Below, piece by piece: positions 10,301-20,037 of a stretch of 64,000 bases of DNA. The notes under the pieces are model-generated. The model saw only the letters and a list, made by a program, of their open reading frames with translations. It ran no database searches and was not told where the DNA came from. Location of the stretch: the NCBI GenBank assembly GCA_047601445.1, contig JASGJH010000001.1:736001-800000 (forward strand). Direction: 5' to 3'. Every line of letters starts with the position of its first letter. Position 1 is the first letter of the stretch. Source of the stretch: Myxococcales bacterium. Lineage in GTDB: Bacteria; Myxococcota_A; Polyangia; Polyangiales; DASUME01. Both the position numbers and the translations under genes were made by a program.

Positions 10301-11258
10301 TTCGTCGGAGTACTCGTCCGTCTGCGCCGCGAACACCGCGCTCAGGACCCGTTGCTGGACACGCGGCCGCAGCGAGGGCACGTCGCTACCGCCCGCCCTC
10401 AGCTCCTCGCTCAGCAGGTCGATGGAGATGGCGGCCTCCGGGCCCGCCGCGTCGATGCGGCGCAGCTCGGCCCCGATCGCCGCATAGGAGGGACGGTTCG
10501 CTGCGACCTTCTGGAGCATGGTTCCGAGCAGGTGTCCGAGCGCGTCCGGCACCTTGGTGCGCAGGGAGCCGATGGCCGGGGGCTGCTCGAAACAGATCTT
10601 GGCCAGGGTCGCGAGCGCCGTATCGCTCTCGAAGGGGGAGACGCCACACATGCACTCGAAGAGCACGCTGCCGAGGGAGAACACGTCGGAGCTCACCTCG
10701 AGCGTTCGCAGGCCGCGCGCCTGCTCCGGGGACATATAGAGCGGGGTTCCGAGCACGACTCCGCTGCGTGTGAGCGCGTCGGCTTCGTCGACCCGTCGTG
10801 CCAGGCCGAAGTCGAGCAGCTTGGCGTCCGCGATGCGACCGGCCGGCAAGAAAATGTTCTCGGGCTTGACGTCCCGGTGGATCACGCCGCGCTGTGCAGC
10901 CGACGCCAGACCATCGACGATGCGCATGGCGAGGGTGACGAGGTCATCGAGCCGCAGCCAACCTTTGCGCAGCCGGGCCGCCAGGGTCTGGCCCTCCAGC
11001 CACTCCATGACCAGGTAGGGCTGACCGGTGACCGCGCTGCCGTGGGCGATGTAGCGCACAATGCTCGGGTGCTGCAGCTCCGCTAGGAGGGGCGACCTCA
11101 CGCTGAAAGCGTCCTTCGTCGACGCCACCTTTGCCGTGGAGGATCTTGACGGCCACGGGCTTGCCGTCGAAGAGGTCGCACGCACGGTAGACCGCTCCAA
11201 AGCCTCCGGACCCTACTTGCTCGGCAATTTCGAAGCGCTCGGCCAGCAGCAACGCCAT
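7396..11258 (-). CDS. Ser/Thr kinase - AAA/STAND ATPase - TPR fusion (~1286 aa), split by two +1 frameshifts as assembled
   Basis: GSGGFGAVY and VAVKIL (frame of 10944..11321) join LLAELQHPSIV, HRDVKPEN, DFG, GTPLYMSPEQ, Walker A APAGAGKS and Walker B IMMDDLHW (8681..11200), then TPR-like helices (7396..8592); shifts at ~11090 and ~8699. Confidence 0.85.
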
Positions 11259-11354
11259 GGAATCAGCAGGAATGGTAGGCGATTTGGCCGGGGCCGAATA
11301 GCGCGCCCGGAGCAGGACCACAGGAATGCCTATGTAGGAGCTGCTCGTTACCGA

Positions 11355-12671
11355 CTAGTTCACGCTGCGCAGCAGCTCGAGCATCTTGTCGGCTTCCACG
11401 AATTCGGTGACGCGGGCATGTTCGTTTCCAGCGCTGTCGTGCAAAACCACCAGGGGCAGACCGCGCGCGCCATAGCCGCTGAGCCACTCGCGACCGCGCG
11501 CCACGTCGTGGCCGGGGCTGAGGTCGACCTTGACCTTCACGAAGCGCGAGATCTCGCTGATCACGCGTGGGTCGCTGAAGGTGTGGCGCTCGAGCTCGCC
11601 GCAGGCCTGACACCAGCTGGCACCAAAATCGATGAGCATGGGAGAAGCCGCCGCCTTGGCCTTGGCGCGTGCGCTCACCAGGTCGGCCTCCCAGCCCGAG
11701 TGCGTGGGCTTGGCTTCCAGGCGTCCGAGCATCAGCAGTGCACCGAGGCTCACCGCCGCGATGCCGAGGGTCTTGCGCGTGCGGTCGAGGCTGCCGCTCG
11801 AGAAGCTCAGGTGAATGGCGCCCAGCGCGAGGCCCGCGATGATGCAGCCCGCGGCCACATAGAGGAAGCCAGCGCTCGCGGTGATGGCCGTGTAGCCGGG
11901 CAACCACGCGCGCACGAAGTAGAGCGCCGACGCGATCATCACCAGGCCAAAGGTGCTCTTGACCCACTCCATCCAGCGTCCGCTCTTGGGCAGGGCCACC
12001 GCGAAGGTGCCCACGATCCAGAACAGCAGGCCCATGCCGAGCGAGTAGCTGATCATGCACGCCGCGCCGAAACCGATGTTGCCGGTGGTTCCGATCCACG
12101 GCAGCAGCAGCCCGAGCACGGGGCCCACGCAGGGCGCGGCGATCACCGAGCTGGCCATGCCGAGCACGAACGCCCCGCGGTAGCCAATGCCGCCCATATC
12201 GCTCAGCTTGGTGGTCAGGCTGTGGGGGAGGGCCAGTTCGAAGGCCCCAAACATCGAGAGTGCCATCGCCACGAACACGGCCGCGAGCCCGAAGGCGATC
12301 ACCGGATTCCCCAGTTCATCGCCGAACACGCCGCCGGTCAGGGCGGCGCCCACTCCGAGCACGCTGAAGAGCACCGTCATGCCCGCCACGAACGCCGTGG
12401 AGAGCAGCGCACCCTCCGCGCGGCTCTGGACCTTGCGTGCGCCGAAGACGCTGACCGTGATGGCGATCATCGGGTAGACGCACGGGGTGAGCGAGGTGGC
12501 GACGCCGGCGACGAACGAGAGCGCGAGCGCGCTACCGGTGCTGCCGCCCTCGAGGGCGCTGCGGAAGGCCGCCGCCATGCCGTCGTCGGCGTGGGCGAGG
12601 CTCGGGGCGAGTACGCCGAGGGCACCCAAGGCGTAGGCGAGCGAGCTGAAGAGGGAGACGAAGAGACGCAT
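11355..12671 (-). CDS. dsbD: DsbD/CcdA-type thiol:disulfide interchange membrane protein with C-terminal thioredoxin domain
   Basis: SLTPCVYPMI and AAPCVGP transmembrane cysteines, multiple TM helices, DFGASWCQAC thioredoxin; no N-terminal Ig-like domain visible. Confidence 0.88.
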   Translation of the reverse strand: MRLFVSLFSSLAYALGALGVLAPSLAHADDGMAAAFRSALEGGSTGSALALSFVAGVATSLTPCVYPMIAITVSVFGARKVQSRAEGALLSTAFVAGMTVLFSVLGVGAALTGGVFGDELGNPVIAFGLAAVFVAMALSMFGAFELALPHSLTTKLSDMGGIGYRGAFVLGMASSVIAAPCVGPVLGLLLPWIGTTGNIGFGAACMISYSLGMGLLFWIVGTFAVALPKSGRWMEWVKSTFGLVMIASALYFVRAWLPGYTAITASAGFLYVAAGCIIAGLALGAIHLSFSSGSLDRTRKTLGIAAVSLGALLMLGRLEAKPTHSGWEADLVSARAKAKAAASPMLIDFGASWCQACGELERHTFSDPRVISEISRFVKVKVDLSPGHDVARGREWLSGYGARGLPLVVLHDSAGNEHARVTEFVEADKMLELLRSVN

Positions 12672-12877
12672 CACTTGCCGTTTATAGCCTGAACCCGAGG
12701 CAGCACGTGTGCCTTCGCGGGTAGGGGCCCGCGCCCCCACTTGGATCGGCGGCTGGGGGACGGCGACCCCATCTCACTCGCACCTACGTCGCGAAACCAG
12801 GAGGGTTTCGGGCACCATCGCGTTGGCCCGAGCATTGCTGTCTTGGGGCAGTGGTGGCTTGGGCTCGGAGGCTAAGC

Positions 12878-15163
12878 ATGGGTCGATTCCAAACGGTGCG
12901 ACGAGAACTAACCGGTCTATTGCTTGGCTCCCTGTTGTTGGGTGCGGGCGCTACGGGCTGTACGACGGAACCGAAGGACCAGAGCGTGTTGCCTGGCGTC
13001 AATTCGGTGGTGTTCGTGAAGCGTGCCTACCTCAAAGAGGACGGCAGTCACGAGGTCACGGGTGGCATGGGGCAGGTCTTCGACTACGACCGCTACAACC
13101 CCGGTGAGGGAGCGGGCCTGTTCGTGCTCACTCCACCGTCGCCGAACGGCAAGCTGCGCAACCTGACCGAGAACTTCAAGGGCGTGGACATCAACGGTCT
13201 CGACCTCTCGTTCGACGCGAAGAAGGTCGTGTTCTCGATGCGCACGGCGGATGACAACCGCTACCACATCTACGTGGCCAACGTGGACGGCACGGGTGCG
13301 GTCCGCCAGCTCACCATGCACGACGCCGACGACGTGCAGCCCATCTTCCTGGCCGGTGGACGCGTCGCCTTCGTGACGAACCAGCCCTTCACCGAGAGCG
13401 GCACTCGCGCGGACGAGTACAACCACGGCCGCCGCGTGACCCAGCTCGCCACCATCTCGGAGGCCGGCGGCGACGCAGATCGACGTCTGTGTTCGCAGAA
13501 CCTCTCCCACACCACGGGCCCTTTCGCCATGTCGAACGGCCTGGTGGGGTACTCGCGCTGGGAGCACTTGGGGCCGACCAACGACCTCAAGTTGTTCGCC
13601 ATGCGCCCCGATTGCACGCAGATGCGCGCCATTGCGGGCCAGCACGACAAGCCCTTCAACAGCCTGGTCCAGGTGCGCGAGACGGCGCCCGGCGAGTTCC
13701 TGGGCATCGCCACCACGCGCGAGGGCACCATCCAGTCGGGTGCTCTCATGCACGTGAGCGTGCCGCACCCGAACACCGGCGACGGCGCGGGCATCAACTT
13801 CTTCGACGAGCAGCGCGCGCGCTTCCAGAACCTCACGCTCAACGTGCCGATGGACATGACCTCGCCACCCTCGGGCGTGGGCCGCTATCGCTCGCCGCAC
13901 ATGCTGACTGGCACCGAGAAGGTGCTGGTCTCCTGGGCCGATGGCGACGTGAACGAGCGCAACGAGCTGGCGGGCACTGCGCCCAACTTCGGGCTCTATC
14001 TGTACGACCCGGGCAAGGGCAAGCGCGAGCTCGTGTACGACGACCCGTTGCTGTGGGACTTGTATGCCATCCCGGTGGTCGCGCGCGCGGAGCCCAACCC
14101 GCTGCCTGCGGTCAACGAGGGAACCTACGACCTCAGCATGCCGGCGACCATCGGCTCCATCGACGTGCGCAACACGTCGCTCTCGGAGACCGTATCGGGT
14201 GGCCAGCTCGACAACGTGGACCTCGGTGAAGCCCTCAAGCAAGCCCAGCGTGTGCGCGTGATCGAGGGCTTCTCCTCCGAGATCGGCAGCGTGGGTCAGT
14301 TTGGTCTCACGATGCACGAAGGTGCCGCCATCCTGGGCGAGCCGCGCGTGTACCCAGACGGTTCCTGGCGCGCGCAGGTGCCGCCGTACATTCCGATGCA
14401 CCTGCAGCCGATCGACCGCTTCGATCTGGCGATTCGGAATCAGCTCCTGTGGATCCAAGCCATGCCTGGCGAGAGCCGCGTATGTGGCGGCTGCCACGAG
14501 AACCGCACGGGCGCCGTGCAGGGTATGACCACCGTGGCCGAGCGCTTCACGGAAAACCTGGTGAAGCCCGCGGCCGAGCGTCTGGAGCTGCCCTGGTACG
14601 CAGCCACCACCGGAAAGAACGTGCAGGACGTGCTCGACGCCAAGTGCGTGAGCTGCCACGCGGGTGGCGCGAACGATCCCTTTGCTGGCCAGACCTATCG
14701 CGTGATCGTGACGGTCGAAGAGGGGCCGATGGAAGGCGAAATGCTGACCTACGACATCCCGATCCTCGACCTGTCGTCCAGACCCCTCACCGCGTACTAC
14801 GAGAAGGAAGCGGTGACCTATCCGGCCTCGTACATCAGCTTGCTGTTCCCGTCGGCGATGATGGGTGAGATTCGCGTGGAGGGAGCGCCCGTGGAATGGG
14901 TGGTCCCGGGCAACGCGCGCGCCAGCCGCTTCATCGCCAAGCTCAACGTCAACGCGGTGCAGTATCAGGACGGCGCCGATGGCAAGCCGGTGCTGACCGA
15001 GACCGATGAGTGGGCGTTCCCTGGCAAGGGGCACCCCGAGGACAAGGGCGTGACGCTGACGCGTGAGGAGCGCCTGACCCTGATTCGCTCGATCGACTTG
15101 GGTGGTCAGTACTACTCGCGGCGCAACGTCCAGGGCGCAGGCGAAATGATCTACGAACCGTGA
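12878..15163 (+). CDS. HzsA (hydrazine synthase alpha)-like lipoprotein: TolB/PD40 beta-propeller plus two c-type heme sites
   Basis: Lipobox GATGC; SFDAKKVVFS propeller blade; DGSWRAQVPPYIPMHLQPID...W..AMPGESRVCGGCHE middle-domain pattern; C-terminal CVSCH...GHP domain. Confidence 0.75.
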   Translation: MGRFQTVRRELTGLLLGSLLLGAGATGCTTEPKDQSVLPGVNSVVFVKRAYLKEDGSHEVTGGMGQVFDYDRYNPGEGAGLFVLTPPSPNGKLRNLTENFKGVDINGLDLSFDAKKVVFSMRTADDNRYHIYVANVDGTGAVRQLTMHDADDVQPIFLAGGRVAFVTNQPFTESGTRADEYNHGRRVTQLATISEAGGDADRRLCSQNLSHTTGPFAMSNGLVGYSRWEHLGPTNDLKLFAMRPDCTQMRAIAGQHDKPFNSLVQVRETAPGEFLGIATTREGTIQSGALMHVSVPHPNTGDGAGINFFDEQRARFQNLTLNVPMDMTSPPSGVGRYRSPHMLTGTEKVLVSWADGDVNERNELAGTAPNFGLYLYDPGKGKRELVYDDPLLWDLYAIPVVARAEPNPLPAVNEGTYDLSMPATIGSIDVRNTSLSETVSGGQLDNVDLGEALKQAQRVRVIEGFSSEIGSVGQFGLTMHEGAAILGEPRVYPDGSWRAQVPPYIPMHLQPIDRFDLAIRNQLLWIQAMPGESRVCGGCHENRTGAVQGMTTVAERFTENLVKPAAERLELPWYAATTGKNVQDVLDAKCVSCHAGGANDPFAGQTYRVIVTVEEGPMEGEMLTYDIPILDLSSRPLTAYYEKEAVTYPASYISLLFPSAMMGEIRVEGAPVEWVVPGNARASRFIAKLNVNAVQYQDGADGKPVLTETDEWAFPGKGHPEDKGVTLTREERLTLIRSIDLGGQYYSRRNVQGAGEMIYEP

Positions 15164-15180
15164 AGGAAGGGAGGAAGACC

Positions 15181-16086
15181 ATGAACAAGCTCCAAGCATC
15201 GTTGTCGTTCGCCGTCCTGGCTCTGGCCCTTTCGCAGGGCGCCGAGGCCGAGGCCCAGCAGATCCCCGATACGCGCGAATACAGCCGTCGCGGCGAGATC
15301 AGCCCCAACACCACGGCTCCCAGCATCGCGCAGATGATCGCCACCATTCAGAGCGGTTCACCCGAGAGCCTCAAGGCCACGCTGGAGTACGGCGAGCGGG
15401 TGGTGTGCCAGGAGTGCGTGCCGCTGCTCGAGAAGAAGTTGCTCGATAGCGGCGTGCCGCGTGTGCGCGAGATGAGCGCCTGGTGGCTGCGGCGCCAGCC
15501 CTTCGCGGCGCCCGCGCTGGTGATGCGCCTGCGCAAGCTGGTGCGCACCGACGCCGACCCGGTCAGGCGGGCGAGGGCGGCCGAGGCGCTCGGCGAGTTC
15601 ATGGATCCGTTCGCGGTGGGCGAGCTGTCCGACGCCGCCATGGCCGACACCGATCCCAAGGTGCGTGTGGCCGCCGTGCACGCGATTGCTCGGCTGAACA
15701 ACGACGCGGGCTTCGCCGTGCTGACGGACACCCTGAGCGATGCCGACACCACCGTGAAGATCGCCACGCTCGACGAGCTGGTCAACATCGGAGCCTTCCG
15801 CGACCACGGAGCACTGATTGCGCTGCTGGGCGACACGAACGCCGAGGTGCGCACACGGGCTGCCCGGCTGTGCGGCGAGTACCGTGTGGCCGAGGCTCAA
15901 ACCACGCTGATCGCGATGTTGGAGGGCGATTCGGCCTCTCAGGCACGCAAGGCGGCGGCCTGGGCGCTGGGCCGGGTAGGGGCCGCGGAAGGACAATCCG
16001 CGCTCGCCGAGGCCTCGGGTCGGGAGCAGGAACAGGGTGTGCTCGACGCCATCAGAATCGCCCAGCGCATGCCGCTAAGACTCTGA
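15181..16086 (+). CDS. Secreted HEAT-repeat protein with CxxC motif
   Basis: Signal peptide ending AEAEA; CQEC at 15406-15417; repeats D.DP.VR..AA.ALG. Confidence 0.85.
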   Translation: MNKLQASLSFAVLALALSQGAEAEAQQIPDTREYSRRGEISPNTTAPSIAQMIATIQSGSPESLKATLEYGERVVCQECVPLLEKKLLDSGVPRVREMSAWWLRRQPFAAPALVMRLRKLVRTDADPVRRARAAEALGEFMDPFAVGELSDAAMADTDPKVRVAAVHAIARLNNDAGFAVLTDTLSDADTTVKIATLDELVNIGAFRDHGALIALLGDTNAEVRTRAARLCGEYRVAEAQTTLIAMLEGDSASQARKAAAWALGRVGAAEGQSALAEASGREQEQGVLDAIRIAQRMPLRL

Positions 16087-16131
16087 TCGCACTCCGAATC
16101 CCGATACAATCCCCGGGTGCATCCGAGTTCC

Positions 16132-19100
16132 ATGAACCAACGGTCTTCCAGGCTTCGCTCGAGCGCGCCCGCGGGCGGAAGAGCCCGCATCGTTAGCGCT
16201 CGAGGCCGCCTGGCCGCGCTGCTCGTCAGTCTGCTGTACGCCGGTGCTTGCGAAGAGGCGTCGCCACCGGCGTTCACCTACTACGACGATCGCGTGGCGC
16301 CGGTCATCGGTGTGGGCTGCGTGCAGCAAACCACGGGCTGCCATCTGGCGAGCCCAGCGCAGACCGCCGTCGGAAATCTCGACCTCTCGAGCTACGACGC
16401 GCTGATGCGCCGCTCGGATGTGCTGCCGGCTTCGGGCCCCTATCCCGTGGGGCAGCTGCTGCTCAAGGGCGGCGACCCGGTGGACATCCCGGTGCAGACC
16501 TTCGACGCGCCGGACCCGGCGCACCCGAACGATCGCTTCGTGCCGATCACCACCGACATCCGGCACGCGGGCGGTAGCCTCTTGCGCATCGGCTCCGACG
16601 GTTACGCGCAGCTCAAGAGCTGGATTAACCAGGGCTACCGGCGCGACGGTGCCGTCGTCGAGACGCTCAACATGAGCAAGGGGTTCTGCACCTCGGGCCC
16701 CGGGCAGCACACTGGCTTCGATCCCAACGTGGCGCCCACCGACCCGAGCTACGCCTCCTTCGTGGCCAAGGTGCAGCCCGTGCTCCTCAACCGCTGCGCG
16801 GGGTCTTCCTGCCACGGCTCGCGCATCGCTGACCTCTACGTGAGCTGCGGTGAGAGCGAAGCGGAGAAGCGCTGGAACTACTTCGTGGCGGTCTCGCACG
16901 TGGATTCCACGGTGTCGCTCTCGGAGATCCTGCGGCGCCCGCTCTCCAAGGTGCGCGGCGGAACCTTCCACGAGGGAGGTACCATCTTCGCGGACACCGA
17001 CGACGCGGACTACAAGACCTTGCGCGCATGGGCCGAGGAGCTCGCCGGGCGGGCCCCCGAAGTGGTGAACTACCAGCCCACCGACATCGGCCTGCGCTTC
17101 TTCGGCAACTACGTGCAGCCGACGATGGTGCGCAAGGGGTGCATGTTCGGCAACTGCCACTCGCCGTCGATGTTCCACGACCTACGCCTGCGCACCGGCT
17201 CGCAGGGCACGTTCTCGCGCATCGCCATCGATCGGAACTACGAGGCCGCGAAGCTGCTGCTGGCCACGGATTCCGCGGATCCCAACGACAGCCGCATCAT
17301 CGCCAAGAACCTGTTCGCCCCCGACAAAGGCGGCAAGGGGCTGACCCATCGCGGCGGCGCGCTGTTCGAGGACTTCGCCGAGCCGGCGCGCAAGAGTTCC
17401 TGCGAGGGCATCGAAATCAACGCCAGCACCGATCTGAACAAGGCGCCCGCCTACTGTGTGTTCGCGGCCTGGCATGCGCTGGAGCGTGATCTCGCCATCG
17501 GCAAGGGGGAGCTCCAGCAAGGGCCGAGCTACGGCCTGGTGTGGGTCTCCCGTCCGCTCGGGGTCGGCGATCCGCGTGACTTCGACACCTATCGTCCGGG
17601 TGCGGATCTATTGCTCGGAGAGCTCACGCTCGACGCGAACGGCAAGCCCAGCGTGAGCGGAGGCAGCAGTTTGCTGGCCGGCTGCGGGCTCGATTCCAAG
17701 ACCGCCGACGTGCGTGGGCCAACGGTGTCCTGGGACGGCAAGAAGAATCGCGTTCTCCGCGCGCGCCTCGGCGGCTGCGCCGCTGCGTCTCTATGAGGCC
17801 AACGCCGACGGCTCCACCTGTGCACCTTTGACGGGGACTGCGTCGCCCGCGGCGGATGGCAACGGCATCAAGATGCACGACTTCGAATCCGGCCTACGCG
17901 CCCGACGGTCGATTGGTGTTCGCCAGCACCCGCGGCAATCTCCAGGGCGGCTACGCCTACCAGGGACCGCAGCGCACGCCCTCGCAGCTCGCACCCAACG
18001 CCAACCTGTACGTGTTCGCCCCCGCCGAGGGCGCGGTGCGGCAGCTGACCTTCCTGCTCAATCAGGAGATGATGCCGAACTTCATGGCGGATGGTCGCGT
18101 GATCTTCACCGCCGAAAAGCGTGCGCCCGAGTTCTTCCAGCTCGCCGGCCGCCGCATGAACCTCGACGGCGGTGACTATCATCCGTTGATCGCCCAGCGG
18201 GGCAGCGTGGGCTTCGCCCAGGCCACCGAGTTCGTGGAGCTCCCGGATCGCAACCTGGCGCTCGTGGCGTCGAACGCGGGCAACCGCGATGGTGCGGGCA
18301 GTATCGCCATCGTCAACCGCTCGCTCGGGCCCGATCAGAACGATCGCGATCCCAACGACCGCTACTTCTTGCACGCCATCCGCTTCCCCGCGCCGGGGGC
18401 GCTGGCCGGCCAAGCGGGCGCGTTCCGCTCGCCGGCGAGCTTGCCGTCGGGTTGGATGGTGGTCTCCTGTGACCCGGACGCTACGGACCTCACCCAGGGC
18501 AACTTCGACTTCGACCTGTGCGCCTTCGATCCGCGCACCGGGGCCGTCGAGCACCTGATCGGGCAGGCCGGTCGCGCCGAGGTCGAAGCCGTGGCCGTGT
18601 ATGCGCGGCCTCAGCACGGTGTCTTCCAGTCGCGTCCCGATGAGGCCAACGCCAACACCAGTGTGGACGTCGCTCAGACCGATGCCGAGGTGCACTTGGC
18701 CGATTTCCCGCTGCTCGCCACGCTCTTGTTCTCGAACACCCGCACGGGTCGGCCGCTCGACCCGCGCGTCGAGGGCGTCGAGATCTTGGAGTCCCTGCCG
18801 CCGCCGCCCGAGGCCACCGACTTCAGCGCGCTGAACGCGAGCCAGGTCACCCAGGACAGCTTCGGTCCGGTCTTCACGAACTACGAGTCGCTGGGGCCGA
18901 TCGCGCTGAACGACGATGGCTCCACCAAGTTCCGCGTGGCGGGCGGGCACCCGATCCTCTACGCGGCCACGGATGGCAAGGGACGCGTCCTGCCCTTCGA
19001 AGCCGAGGGGGGGCCCTTCACGGGCGACATGATTCAGCGCGAGGAGATGCAGTACTACCCGGGCGAACGCAGCAACCAGGGCTTCCGCCGCGAGCTCTTC

Positions 19101-19232
19101 AATGGCATGTGCGGTGGCTGCCACGGGTCCCTCACGGGCTACGAACTCGACGTGGCGGTCGACATCGACGTGCTCACCCAGGCCTCCCAGACGATTGCCA
19201 AACCGGACCCCGCTGTCGACTTGGTTCGCTAG
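16132..19232 (+). CDS. Multiheme lipoprotein (~1032 aa): three CX4-6CH cytochrome-like domains + PD40 propeller + HzsA-like CxxCH domain; two +1 frameshifts as assembled
   Basis: Lipobox YAGAC; CVQQTTGCH, CAGSSCH, CMFGNCH, CGGCH; removing one A at ~17746 and ~17886 restores SWDGKKIAFS and HDFDPAYAPDGR and joins ORFs 16117..17796, 17714..18175 (part) and 17856..19232. Confidence 0.75.
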
Positions 19233-19304
19233 TGATCTGCTTCAGTTGCCGAGCAAAGCTTATGCTACGGTTCGGTCCGTCCTTCTGAGTCGCCAGGGCC
19301 GTCT

Positions 19305-19853
19305 TTGCCGCTTCCAACGCAACTCTTGCTGACGTTTGCCTCCGGCGTCCTCGCTGCGCTCGCAGCGCGCACCGACCTACGCGGCAGCCCCAAGCCGGCG
19401 TTCGTGTCGCGCGCGTTTTACGCCTACCTGCTCTACGTGGCGCTCGTGATGGTGCCGGTCTCGGCGTACTTCTACGTGTTTCACGGGGACTGGTTCCTGC
19501 TCTACCTGGCGGACACGGAGCGCGTCCCAAGCGCCTTGGCCCTGGTGGGAGGCCTGCTCGAGGTGGGCCTCGGGGCGGTCGGTTTTCTGATCGGGGCCTC
19601 CATGGTGCGCACGCAGCGCGACCAGTGGGCGGGGGCGGCGATCGGGGCAACCCTCTCGTTGGCCCTGGGCATGCTTCCAGTAGTGCGAAATCGGCTCCTG
19701 GTGGTGGGGAGCTACCGCCAGTACCACGGGGACTTCGGGCTGAGTTCCTATGGAGGTGCACTCTTGCAGGGAACCCTGGTGATGTCCCTCTGGATGGTGC
19801 TCGGGCTTGCTTTCTTGGTGTACCGGCTGGGGCCCGGAGCGCGTCGCGGTTAG
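19305..19853 (+). CDS. Hypothetical integral membrane protein (~5 TM)
   Basis: Several hydrophobic segments; YFYVFHGDWFLLYL; TTG start. Confidence 0.7.
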   Translation: MPLPTQLLLTFASGVLAALAARTDLRGSPKPAFVSRAFYAYLLYVALVMVPVSAYFYVFHGDWFLLYLADTERVPSALALVGGLLEVGLGAVGFLIGASMVRTQRDQWAGAAIGATLSLALGMLPVVRNRLLVVGSYRQYHGDFGLSSYGGALLQGTLVMSLWMVLGLAFLVYRLGPGARRG

Positions 19854-19938
19854 ACCGCCGCGCGGCGGGCCAGGCCCGCGAGAGTCCGGGTGTTTTGACC
19901 CGAGCGGGAGACCTTACTTACACCCGGCCACACCCCTG

Positions 19939-19967
19939 TTGACGGGGTATCGGCTTGTTGTTAGCGT
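19939..19967 (+). promoter_or_regulatory. Putative sigma70 promoter of the lipoprotein-OmpA genes
   Basis: TTGACG-N17-TAGCGT with TG extended -10. Confidence 0.45.
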
Positions 19968-20037
19968 CCGGCCGGCTTGTCAGCGAGTTTCGCTAGGTTT
20001 TTTGGAGTGGCGCGTGAGCAAAGGCCGGGATTTGGGA

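Noticed and set aside
7290..11350. Integrative element at tRNA-Arg
   Set aside because: No integrase and no duplicated tRNA 3' end found
12851..19232. Anammox/hydrazine synthesis capacity
   Set aside because: Only alpha-like subunits; no beta/gamma subunits or HAO-like genes in the window, and the context is myxobacterial
16117..19232. Programmed frameshifting or true pseudogene
   Set aside because: No slippery sequence; motifs intact on both sides and shared GAATC context point to sequencing error, though unproven
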